Below are positions 26,206 through 38,789 of a DNA stretch of 64,000 bases, one piece after another. Within the stretch, counting starts at the first letter, position 1; each line of letters begins with the position of its first letter. Below the pieces are notes generated by a model. The model saw only the letters and a program-made list of their open reading frames with translations. It searched no databases and had not been told where the DNA came from. Origin of the DNA: Octopus vulgaris. Taxonomy: Eukaryota. The position numbers and the translations under genes were made by a program. Location: positions 69,006,001 through 69,070,000 of the forward strand of contig OX597825.1 in the NCBI GenBank assembly GCA_951406725.2, given 5' to 3'.

Positions 26206-26639
26206 CGAGAGAGAGAGAGAGAGTGTGTGTGTGTGTGTGTATGCGTGTGTATGTATGTATGTATGTATATACATATGTTTATATAAGTGGCACCTACAGC
26301 GATGAATATGTTGTCAGCATATAAGTGTATATGCGTGTATCTGTGTACATATATGCGAATAGATATAAGAAAATTTATGTATGTGTGCATATATGTGTGT
26401 GTATATCTACGTATATGTATGTAAGCGTGCGTGTATAGATATAAATATATATATATATTTATATATATATATAATAGTTATCGCCATACTAATATGGCAT
26501 TCTTATAAAAATGAGAATAAAGCTGTCCGCTTATTAGCTCCATGAGGCCATCGCCTTAAGTTAGCTATTTGATACACAAACTGTATCCATATAACCTTCG
26601 AACAAGGGAGGTCAGTCGCTCCACACTACTTGACCGGCA

Positions 26640-26681
26640 GCTACAGACGCGTTTCGGGGTATTGCCTCTTTTCAATGCAGC
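26640..26681 (-). ncRNA. Hammerhead-like motif, U3-A8 variant (inverted copy)
   Basis: Minus strand: gctgca-TTGAAAA-gagg(caata)cccc-GAAA-CGCG-TC-tgtagc. Confidence 0.65.
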
Positions 26682-26945
26682 GTAGCCAGACCAGTAGGTG
26701 TCGCTTCTGACAATCTCTGTTCGAAGGTTTTATTTACCTAGCTTCGGTGGAATACATCCACTTGTTTTCAATAATAGAAATATTAAAATTACTAAGTCTC
26801 TCTAAAAGAGAACAACGGCAGCGTTCCCGGAAAATAATAGTTATCACCATACTAATATGGCATTCTTATAAAAATAAGAATAAAGCTAGGTAAATAAAAC
26901 CTTCGAACAGAGATTGTCAGAAGCGACACCTACTGGTCTGGCTAC

Positions 26946-26987
26946 GCTGCATTGAAAAGGGGCAATACCCCGAAACGCGTCTGTAGC
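26946..26987 (+). ncRNA. Type I hammerhead-like motif, U3-A8 variant with palindromic stem III
   Basis: gctgca-TTGAAAA-gggg(caata)cccc-GAAA-CGCG-TC-tgtagc. Stem I is 6 bp (one G-U), stem II is 4 bp, with an ACGCGU palindrome and a GUC cleavage triplet. Confidence 0.75.
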
Positions 26988-27213
26988 TACCGGTCAAGTA
27001 GTGTGGAGCGACTGACCTCCCTTGTTCGAAGGTTATATGGATACAGTTTGTGTATCAAATAGCTAACTTAAGGCGATGGCCTCATGGAGCTAATAAGCGG
27101 ACAGCTTTATTCTTATTTTTATAAGAATGCCATATTAGTATGGCGATAACTATTATTTTCCGGGAACGCTGCCGTTGTTCTCTTTTAGAGAGACTTAGTA
27201 ATTTTAATATTTC

Positions 27214-27262
<49 letters not shown>

Positions 27263-27483
27263 AAATTATAATTAAAGGTATCTAAAAGATGGTGCTATGC
27301 CAGTGTCACAGGCAGTGAAAGACATGGGGATCAGTTTGTGCAATGATGCATCATTTCTTATGCGCATTACAAGATTGGTGATGTGAAACACCACAGACTG
27401 AGGAAATCATTGAAATCAACAAACCGGGCCCATGAGCCTGGCTAGGCTTTAAAAGGGAGCATTTATTTATTATTATATATATG

Positions 27484-27806
27484 TGGAGGCGCAATGGCCC
27501 AGTGGTTAGGGCAGCGGACTCGCGGTTGTAGGATCGCGGTTGTAGGATCGCGGTTTCAAGACCGGGCGTTGTGAGTGTTTATTGAGCGAAAACACCCAAA
27601 AGCTCCACGAGGCTCCGGCAGGGGAAGGTGGTGGCGATCCCTGCTGTACTCTTTCGCCACAACTTTCTCTCGCTCTTTTTTCTGTTGGCCTGCTCGTTTA
27701 GCCAGCGGGGTGGCGTCATTTAAAGGCTAAAACAATGCGAAAAGCATTGTGACCAGCGATGTGCAGCAACATCTGATAGCCTGGTCGGTCACGGTAATCA
27801 CGGTGA
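27484..27806 (+). mobile_element. SINE family A head with another alternative tail
   Basis: Head as at 4926. After 'actttctctc.ctctt' it diverges into 'gcctgctcgtttagccagcggggtggcg...cacggtga'. Confidence 0.75.
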
Positions 27807-28260
27807 TATATGTATGTAAGTATGTATGTATGTATGTATGTATGTATGTATGTATGTATGTATGTATGTATGTATGTATGTATGTATGACGGGCTTTTTT
27901 TAGTTCCTGTTCAAAAAATCAACTAAAATGATTTTGGAAGGCCTAGGGCTATAACAGAAGTCACTTTTGGCCAATGTGCGATGGAGTGGGACCGAACCTG
28001 AAACCGCGTGGTTGGGCAGCAAACTCCATACCACACAGCCGTAATCGCTTGTTTTATAGTGTTAAATACTGAAGTGCACTCGTCGTCTTGCACTGAATAG
28101 AATATACAATAAAGGCAACGGAGTAAAAATAACAATTATTATAAATAATGCTTGTTTACTTCGAAGTCTTCTTGATAATTCATCTCAAGAGACGGAAGTA
28201 ACGATGAAACACCGACGTAAACAGTCGCCATTTATAAAAGACGCTATGTAAACATGATCA

Positions 28261-28341
<81 letters not shown>

Positions 28342-28397
28342 GTCTCTATCTCCCCCTCTCCCCCACTCTCTCTCTATATATCTATTTATCTATCATG

Positions 28398-28475
<78 letters not shown>

Positions 28476-28507
28476 CTTATCTCCTTATACATATTTACAC
28501 ATAATTG

Positions 28508-28564
<57 letters not shown>

Positions 28565-28841
28565 CCCTAGATACTCAGACGTACGAATTCATACATGATA
28601 TTTTCTCATTTCAATTAGGAGTAGCATTTTTTTCATTATCTGAAGAGCATTTATTGCCATAATCGCGAAACACCGTTAAATGTACTGCATTCTTTTTTTT
28701 TCAGAACTGTTAAAAATAGAAGAGACAAACGTAAACACACTCATACTCACCCACACAGGCGCGTATACAATGACAAGAATATATTATATACATGCATCTA
28801 AATATATATATGTCTATGTATGTATGTAGGTACGTACGTAC

Positions 28842-28884
<43 letters not shown>

Positions 28885-29066
28885 AATACGTACACACACA
28901 TGTATATATAAATATTTATAATCAAATATGTATATCCATATAGCTATCTATAGATGTAGATACAAATCTACCTATATGTCTGTCTGTCTGTCAATCCCTC
29001 TCTTTATATATATGTTAATATTTATATGTATAAATGCCTATAACATATATATGTATATGTGTATAT

Positions 29067-29117
<51 letters not shown>

Positions 29118-29501
29118 TATATATATACATATATATATATATGTATATATATACATATGTATATGTATATATATACATGTGTGTGTGTGTATATATAGAT
29201 ATGTATATGCATTAATTAATGTTTACTCGACATACTTTCTCGATGTTTCTTTGATGTTTTTTTTGTGGTTTTGGTAGATTTGAAATTAGTAGACACTTAT
29301 TAATGTTCCAGTTTATATGTGTGTGTGTATGAGTGTGTGCATGTGTGTGTATGTATGTGCCTGTATGTGTATGTGTATGTGTGTGCGTATACGTGGGTGT
29401 GTGGTGAAATAAGTAATGATAGTGTTGTACCTTGTTTAGCTTCCAGTCACTACTGATGAAGCAGACGTGTGATCAAAGGTAGTCTAGCAGTAAAAATATG
29501 T

Positions 29502-29551
<50 letters not shown>

Positions 29552-29741
29552 GTTTTATTATCAAAGCGGAGAGCTGGCAGAAACGTTAGCGGCATTTACG
29601 TTCAAGTTCCGCAAAGGTCGACTTTACCTTTTGAAAATCGGGAGCCGATAAAATAAATACCAGTTGTGTACTGAGGTAGATGTAATCGACTTACTCTTTC
29701 CCCGAAATTACTGGTATTTTGCCAAAGTTTTGAAACCTCGC

Positions 29742-29898
29742 TTCTTCTTCTTCTTCTTCTTCTTCTTCTTCTTCTTCTTCTTCTTCTTCTTCTTCTTCTT
29801 CTTCTTCTTCTTCTTCTTCTTCTTCTTCTTCTTCTTCTTCTTCTTCTTCTTCTTCTTCTTCTTCTTCTTCTTCTTCTTCTTCTTCTTCTTCTTCTTCT
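29742..29898. repeat. (TTC)n pure tract
   Basis: Visible directly. It explains the poly-F ORF. Confidence 0.95.
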
Positions 29899-30017
29899 TT
29901 ATTGTTTAATTGTATTGTTACCTGTTATTGTTATTTATTTTATACATGACATAGTGCCAAACTCCACTTGTTTCTTGTGTTATATTGTCCTTATATGTTT
30001 TGCGCTGGGCCCTTGTC

Positions 30018-30101
<84 letters not shown>

Positions 30102-30103
<2 letters not shown>

Positions 30104-31910
30104 TTCATATATACACAACAGATTAAGACTGTTGGAAAAGAAAAAATTCCTAACATCGGGCTACAAAATGTAATCTCAGATGACAAGAACCCTCCTAAGT
30201 ATCCTACCTGTCCCTAATAACACTATTTTCTGCAGCTGTACTAAACTGGGTTCTGTGCCTATTTCTTCTATCCATCTGTTTAAGTCTTTAATAAATCTTT
30301 AGGGATATTTCCCTATGCACCTATAACTACTGGAATACATATTACCCACACTTTCCATATTTTTGTAATTCAATTACTAGGTCCTGGTATTTTGCTATTA
30401 TTTCTATATCTCGCATATTGACTTTTCATCATTTGGGAGTGTAAAGTCAATTAGCTGGTGTTTTCTTTTCTCTTTGTCTACTACTATTATATCAGGCCTT
30501 CTAGCTTCTATTACTCTGTCAGTCTAAATGTTAAATCCCACAACATCTTGTATTCTTTTATTTTCTAGTACTTTACTAGGTTCATGTTCATACTATTTAT
30601 CAGTATGATCAAATTTCTAGCTATCTACATAACTCCCAGTGGATTACTTTCCCTACATTGTCATGTCTTTTCTTGTATTCTTTCTGTGCCAGCATGCTGC
30701 ATTAACTTACTATATGAGTAACGCTTCCCTCTTTTGATTTACATAACCAACATTAGGAATCTATGTTGTTTTTGTCTATCTTTTTTCTCCAAATAGTCCT
30801 TAATGTTTGATCTCGTGCAGCTACTAACATACTCTATGTCTCCCATTTCAACTTTCCCTTCTGCAACCATAACCTTGTCTCATTACTACTATTTGCTGCA
30901 ACTATCTTTAGGAATCTAGCATGCAATGCGTTCTCTTGCCAGTCAGTTCTCTTTTCTGTTTTTAACTTCGTTTGCGTTTTTGGTTTCCCTGTCTTGCTGT
31001 GACTCTGGTAGTTTTTAATAAATTTTCCTCACTATTACGTAGGAGTCTTTATCTACTCTAGCTAACTCCACACAGTTCTCTACTAATATTAACCCTCTTC
31101 CGCATTCTTTTCTAGGTAGTTATTCCTGCCCTTGGATGGAGTCTTCCATTCATATTGAATTCCTTCTTTAGTTTTTTCTGTCTAGCTTTGCTAATTCAGT
31201 TTTTGTCCAATCTACAAAAGCTGCGGAGGATCTAAGTAATGATACTGCATGCGTATCTACAGCTTTCACTAGATTCGGGCCATTGAGCTTTGACTTCATT
31301 AGCTTCCCCGCCCTTCTGATGTACTCCTTCTCAATTTTCGTTTTCATTTCTATAGTTAGTATTTGTCAGCTTCTAATACTCCTACATATTCATAACTCTC
31401 TCCTCCTTTCAATAATTTTAATGTCTGTCCATCTGATAATTGGATGCCTTCGCTGTTTACTACCTGTCTCCTTCTCATGACTAATATCGCCCACTTATCT
31501 ATGCCAAATTCTATGCCTTTATCTTTGCTAAAGAGTCTTACAGTCTGCATTAAGGAATCTTTCTCTTTTTCATTCTTACTAAAAAGCTTCAGATCATCCA
31601 TGTAGAGCAAATGGTTAATTTTCCCCTTATTTCTGAACTGATACTCTGCCTTTGCCTTCCTTAATACTAAACTGAAGGGGATCAAAAATAGGACAAATAT
31701 TAAAGCGAGCAACGAGTACCCCTGGAAAATTCCTCTTTTGATATTAACCTTCCCTAAAAGAGTGTGTCACCTGAGCAGATATCTACTTTCCATTTCTTCA
31801 TGCTAAAGCTAATTAATCCTCTTATGTTGCCTGCTATACTGAATATACTCAAACATTCACTTATCCATGAGTGTGGCATCATGTCATAGGCTTTCCTATA
31901 ATCTATCCAT
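30102..31910 (-). mobile_element. 5'-truncated, decayed R4/Dong-clade LINE (RT + Zn knuckle + restriction-like endonuclease) ending in (TAA)n
   Basis: Minus strand gives WIDYRKAYDMMPHSWI, KRGIFQG, INHLLYMDDLKLF, CWLCKSKEGSVTHIVS*C...EYKKRHDNVGKVIHW and EARRPDIIVVDKEK..LIDFTLP. The 3' end runs into (TAA)n at 30019-30101, the known Dong-type target. Confidence 0.88.
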
Positions 31911-32136
31911 TACTCTTTTACTTGTTTCAGTCATTTGACAGTGGCCATGCTGGAACACCGCCTTTAGTCGACGAAATTGACCCCAGGACTTATTCTTTGT
32001 ACTCCTAGTACTTATTTTATCGGTCTCTTTTTGCCGAACCGCTAAGTTACGGGGACGTAAACAAACCAGCATCGGTTGTCAAGCGATGTTTGGGGGACAA
32101 ACACAGACACACAAACACACACACACACATACATAC

Positions 32137-32204
<68 letters not shown>

Positions 32205-32368
32205 GACAAGCTTCTTTCAGTTTCCATCTACCAAATCCACTCATAAGGCTTTGGTCGGCCCGAGGTTATAGTAGAAGACACTCGCCCAAGGTGCCACGCT
32301 GTGGGACTGAACCCGGAACCATGTGGTTGGTAAGCCAGCTACTTACCACACAGCCACTCCTGCGCCTG
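31911..32368 (-). mobile_element. SINE family B, full-length
   Basis: Matches the family consensus and abuts the truncated LINE. Confidence 0.88.
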
Positions 32369-33149
32369 TTAAATTGTTAAATTTTTCTTTCTAGATTTTA
32401 CTTCATTTAGAAATGCTTTATTCCTTGATTCTTTTGTTTGTTTCAGTCACTTGACTGCGGCCATGCTGGAGCACCGCCTTTAGCCGAACAAATCGACCTC
32501 AGGACTTATTATTTTTTGTAAGCCTAGTACTTATTTTATCAATCTCTCTCATGGTTTTAGAGCGAACATTAGGTAGTGATATGAGGGAGAATTGTTTGCT
32601 ATAGCTAACAGGCTGAGAGCGCTTGTTATTTGTAAGAGGTCGAGAGAGCGCATAGAGGCGTCATAGTCGTCTGGAACGGGCTGTAATATGCAGATTATGT
32701 TACTGTTTGCCAGATAAGAAAATAAGTTGGTACAATGATAACGTAGAACTAATCTGAGTAAATGTATTTAGATGGCGAGACGAAAAAATATTAGGTTGTT
32801 CTCATTGAGATTATAAGAGAATACTTGAAACATTTCTATGACTGATTGATATGGTAAAACAAATGAAAAATATGGAAGCTGAAATATACCGAAAGATGTG
32901 ATATAACAATAACAAAAGTATATTGGAATATATTGGAGTGTAAAATAGTAGAAGAGAATGAAAAGGAAAAGGAAGTAGGAATCGTAGAAAATATGTTTGG
33001 TACCACAGAAAGATACGTAGAAATATATACAGATATAGACACATGCACAGACGACTATACGCATATGCACAAACATGTATGTAAGTAAGTAAATATATAT
33101 ATATGGCCACAGCTCATGAGCTGAAACTAAAATCAATCAATCATATATT

Positions 33150-33188
<39 letters not shown>

Positions 33189-33193
<5 letters not shown>

Positions 33194-33322
33194 AATATTA
33201 AAGAAATAGAGAAATACAATTGACAAACTAAACATTTATTTACAATTATAATATAATAATATAATGTAAATAAATTTCTAGTTTGTCAATTGTATTCGTC
33301 TAGTTCATTTAATGTTTGTATA
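33189..33322. repeat. ~135-bp fold-back between (TA)n tracts
   Basis: atacaaatattaaa..aatacaattgacaaacta..atttatttaca is matched by tgtaaataaat..tagtttgtcaattgtatt..tttaatgtttgtat. Confidence 0.8.
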
Positions 33323-33325
33323 TTG

Positions 33326-33836
<511 letters not shown>

Positions 33837-34220
33837 GGTTCGTCAAGATATTGCCTAACAGTTACACAGATGATTTGTTTATGGTGATCAAATGTTTGCA
33901 TACCCATAGGCTCACTCGCTCCATCAAATCGATATTACCTCTACAGGTGCACTGCATGCCACATGTCAGGTGACGAAATGATCGCAGAGCAAGGTGAAAT
34001 GAATTGCTGTGCTCAAGAACACAACGTCCTACCTGGAAGTCGAACCCAAGTGAGTGCAATCGCGAGAGCAACACCTAACCACTAAACCATGCGCCTTCAC
34101 ACACACGCACGCACGCACATACGTATATATCTTAATATATACATACGCGTTTATATATGAAAGTATATCTATACATGTGTGTATATATGCCCACACACAC
34201 AAACGTACACACATGCACAC

Positions 34221-34272
<52 letters not shown>

Positions 34273-34379
34273 GAAGAGATAGATACATACAAAGAGCGAG
34301 TGTGAATGATGGAGGATGTTGTGATAAAACGGTTGATAGTCTGAACAATTATTCCGTGGCCTTTGCATGCAGCTGATAC

Positions 34380-34420
<41 letters not shown>

Positions 34421-34700
34421 GAGAGAGAGAAAGGGAGGGTAGAGATAGCAGGCGAGAGAGAGAGAGTGAGAGAGAGAGAGAGAAAGAGAGGGTAGAGATA
34501 GCAGGCGAGAGAGAGAGAGAGAGAGAGAGAGATGGTAGAGATAGCAGGCGAGAGAGAGAGAGAGAGAGAAAAAAAAAGACAGAGAGAAAAAAAAGAGAGA
34601 GATAGAAGCTTCCTTAAGAGAAATCCCTTTTAAAGCATTGATTTTTTTTTCACAAGACCTGACTATTGCTACAAGGCCTAATGAATAACATTTATTAGTA

Positions 34701-35209
34701 CAATACCGGACCAATTATCCGGCAAAATTAAGCCCGGAAGTGTCTTGGGTTACTTGATATTCCGATTTTTTTGAGATAGATAGTCTAAATATATTTACTT
34801 AATATATAAAATAACATTTGAAAAGCAAAGTGCTAAATTGTATTTAACAAGTTCAAATTAATACAATTCTAAAGCAGAGTTTGTTTGATATTTATTAATC
34901 CACTTAAAAATTCTTAAAAGACACCATTTTGTACTATGTGTACAGTATAAAGACTATAAGATTAAATTTAAATGAAGAAAGGTAAAGAACATTTTATTTA
35001 AGAGATACAAGTACAAATTAATGCAATTCTAAAGCAGAGAATGTTTAGTTTTTATCACTCCACATAAAAAGTAAAGATCAAGATCGAAAGCAAAATTTCT
35101 TTACTCAATACAGAATACAGTATAGTGTATGGGTTCCCAAAGTATTTCTGGATTTCCAAAAATCTGAAAATTCCGGATTACAGGAAGCCTTATAAATGGA
35201 CCAGTACTG
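34701..35209. mobile_element. Tc1/pogo-type MITE with TA target duplication
   Basis: TA|CAATACCGGACCAATTAT ... ATAAATGGACCAGTACTG|TA form imperfect 18-bp TIRs. There is an internal ~65-bp direct repeat (about 34847 and 35007). Confidence 0.7.
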
Positions 35210-35382
35210 TATTAGGATTAGCTTCGTCAAAGACTGCTTAATTAGTAACCATAAGTATGGAATGTATTTAAGGAAATTCCTGTAATCTCATTGGTAACTA
35301 TCGAAGCACTAATTGCGTTCAGACTCTTTCTTTCTTTCGTCGTGCAGTTACTGTTTATACCTCATTCAGAGATTTATTATTG

Positions 35383-35430
<48 letters not shown>

Positions 35431-35446
35431 CATATAAATATGTATA

Positions 35447-35482
<36 letters not shown>

Positions 35483-35487
<5 letters not shown>

Positions 35488-35836
35488 ATATATATAAACG
35501 GCAGTTTGTCTGTGCGTGTTTCTGTGTGTCTGTTTGGTTGTACCTCACCCTGACCACGGATTTCAACCGATTCTGATGAAACTTGACACACGCATAGCCC
35601 AATGTCATAATTCAAAACTAACGCAGCGAAAATTTTGAAAAGTTAACCCCAGTTCTGAAAAAAATCGATAAATTCGACATCGAGAATAAAAAAACAAACC
35701 ACAGACTGTCTAGGGGACGCAACTCAACCTTTTTTTACTCTCAAAAAAAAATTTACCATAATTTTTTTTCCATATTTTTTGGCTATAATCTAAAAATGCT
35801 TTATATATATGAGCAACGCCGGGCGATAACTGCTAG
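35483..35836 (+). mobile_element. Non-autonomous Helitron in (TA)n
   Basis: A|TCTATATATATAAA start and 'gagcaacgccgggcgataactgCTAG|T' end. Confidence 0.75.
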
Positions 35837-35981
35837 TATATATATATATATATGTAAATAAATATATATATATATATAAAGTTAATCCAAACATGAAAAC
35901 ACAAAGAGAAAACACAACAACGCGAGGACGTGGAACAAATATAGTATTATTGGACGCTCAAGAAGGAAGGGAAGAAGGAGG

Positions 35982-36016
35982 GTTCAACGTTTCGAGCGGA
36001 GCTCTTCGTCAGAAAC
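35982..36016 (-). ncRNA. Canonical-core minimal hammerhead motif in a solo PLE pLTR (~35880-36090)
   Basis: Minus strand: gttt-CTGACGA-a-gagc(tcc)gctc-GAAAC-GTT-gaac. Confidence 0.8.
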
Positions 36017-37021
36017 ATAGGAAAAGGAAAGATCCAGAGAAGGGAAGACGGAGGAAAAAAAATCGCCAACGGTACACACGCGGTCGTATATGTTTGTGTA
36101 ATATTTGTATATATGTATATATACATATGTAAGATATATATGTACTATATATGCATATATGTATACATATGTATATGTGTGTGCCTCTTTATGTTTGTCT
36201 CCGGCCATCACTTCATAATCGGTTTTTGTTTATGTCCTCATAAATTAGCGTTTCGGGCATAACCGGACAGTAAAATAAATACCAGACTTTCTAATAAAAT
36301 AAGTACTTGGATCGATTTAAAAAAACAAACTAAACCCTTCGAGGCGATGCTTCAGCATGGCCACAATCGACGACCAACTTTTTGTTTTTGTTATATACCC
36401 AGGCCTATTCCCCATTTTTTTAAGGAGGGAATAGCTACAACAAGACACACACCATGCATTCTATTCATGTCCTAGCTCAATGAGGCGAGCCCCGTTCTAT
36501 GCTCAGTTCAAGGTATAGAACGCAACCCCCAATATTAGCAGCGGGGTCCGACAGCAAATGCTTGTTTACCCCTGCCGCATCATGCTGGTTCTGTGCAACA
36601 AGAAAAAGACAACTAAAACAAGAAAAAAAATAAAATATAAAAAAAAAGAGTATTTCTTAACATTTCACTGTTTATTTAAAAATGTCTACTCGATATAAAG
36701 ATTTATTATGATATTGGAACTATCAATGGGAAGCCCTTCAGTAAACCAACTTAAAATCAATTTACAATTATTGAATCCGTAAAAGCTGATTATTACATTT
36801 ATCGCTTAATCAATAGTTGTATCAATGATATCGTTTTCTCCACTTTATTTAGTATCGAAGTTTTCCTGTATTTCGATCTATTCGCATTGGTTGATATGTG
36901 TTTGTTTCTAAGTATGTAAATGTTTCTGTCTGCATAACCTCACACACAGACACAGACACACAAATACAGCGATACGAGATTATATATATATATATATATG
37001 TATGAAATGTTCCTGTGTGTT

Positions 37022-37200
<179 letters not shown>

Positions 37201-37323
37201 TTATTTATTTAGATATCTATGTATATGTGCATATGTACATACGTTCATCTACATATATATAAACAGGACAGGTGAGGTAAGAACAAGGTGTATTAGTTTG
37301 ACGCTAAGGAAAAATGGAAAACT

Positions 37324-37359
37324 ATTTGACGTTTCGAGCCTACGCTCTTACACAGAAAT
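37324..37359 (-). ncRNA. Degenerate hammerhead-like motif (core CUGUGUA) in a pLTR fragment within (TA)n
   Basis: Minus strand: attt-CTGTGTA-a-gagc(gtag)gctc-GAAAC-GTC-aaat. Confidence 0.55.
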
Positions 37360-37550
37360 GAATGAGGATATATATATATATATTTATATATATATACATA
37401 TATATATGTATATATATATATATATATTTATTTATTTATATGTATGCATGTATGCATGTATGTATGTATGTATATATATATATATACATATATATATATA
37501 CATACATATATATGCTTATAAATATATATATACATGCACACTCATATATC

Positions 37551-37587
<37 letters not shown>

Positions 37588-38342
37588 CTATCTATCTATC
37601 TATATATATATGTTTGTGTGTGTGCACAACACACACACATATATATACGCATGTATATATGCATACACACATACACACACATATACATATATATATATAT
37701 ATACAATACGTTCACACACATATTCTAAAGCTGGTATTTGTTCTATCAATGCCTTTTGCCAAACGGCTAGGTTACCGGAGCGTAGACAAACCAACACTAG
37801 TTCTCAAACGGTGTGGGGAGAAACATAAACTCGAAGACTCACGTACATCACATATATACACAAAAATAAATAATATATACAGATATGTAAGAATATCAGA
37901 CATCAATACTATTAGATCCGTGGTTATAGTAGAAGAGACTTGCCCAAGGTGTCACGCTGTGAGATTGAATCCGAAACCATGTGATTGCAAATATAGATTT
38001 TACCCACAGAAGGTTAATCACATACCAGTTTTCTTTCTGCTTATGTAAAAAAAATTAAATAAAGGATATTGATTTTCATGTAGTAAAGAAAAAAAAATAG
38101 TGATCAAAGTTAGCTTCTGACAAAATTATTCAGTTAGGAAGAACTCTAACTGTTCGAGAATTTGCAAAGCGTACTTTAAAAAGGATTTTCTCTGAAACCA
38201 TTGAAAAGACTGGTTGATACGCGAGATTGAGCTATTGAAAACTCTTAAACGGAATTGTTAAGGGAAGATTTTCAAAGGATGTTTTATTGGAAGTTCTATG
38301 TTAGCCGTACACTCATCTATAAATATGTTTATATATATAAGC

Positions 38343-38379
<37 letters not shown>

Positions 38380-38428
38380 CGTATATATATATATATATAT
38401 ACACACATATATATATATATATACAATG

Positions 38429-38462
<34 letters not shown>

Positions 38463-38628
38463 TGTATTTACGAGTGACCGGGCAAACAGAAAGAGGGCAC
38501 TCACATTTATTGGGTGTTACATGTATGGATCAAAATAGTTTGATTCAAATTCCATGCGGAATGTATGAATACACACACAAACAAGCACGCATGCACAATA
38601 TATGTATATATGAGTGTGTGTATATATG

Positions 38629-38689
<61 letters not shown>

Positions 38690-38789
38690 TGTGTGTGTGT
38701 ATGTAAAAGAAGAAAATAGAAGAGAATAAATTTCCCATACAGAACAATTACTGAGCGCTTAGTAAATAGAGATAAGAGAATATAGAGTA

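Larger units (their letters stand above)
26471..27218. mobile_element. Non-coding retrozyme/PLE-pLTR-like fold-back insert between (TA)n tracts
   Basis: Arrangement A-B-C-D-A followed by rc(B)-rc(A)-rc(D). A repeats at 26471 and 26834 (period ~363 bp). The arms are nearly identical, and B carries a hammerhead-like motif. Confidence 0.8.
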
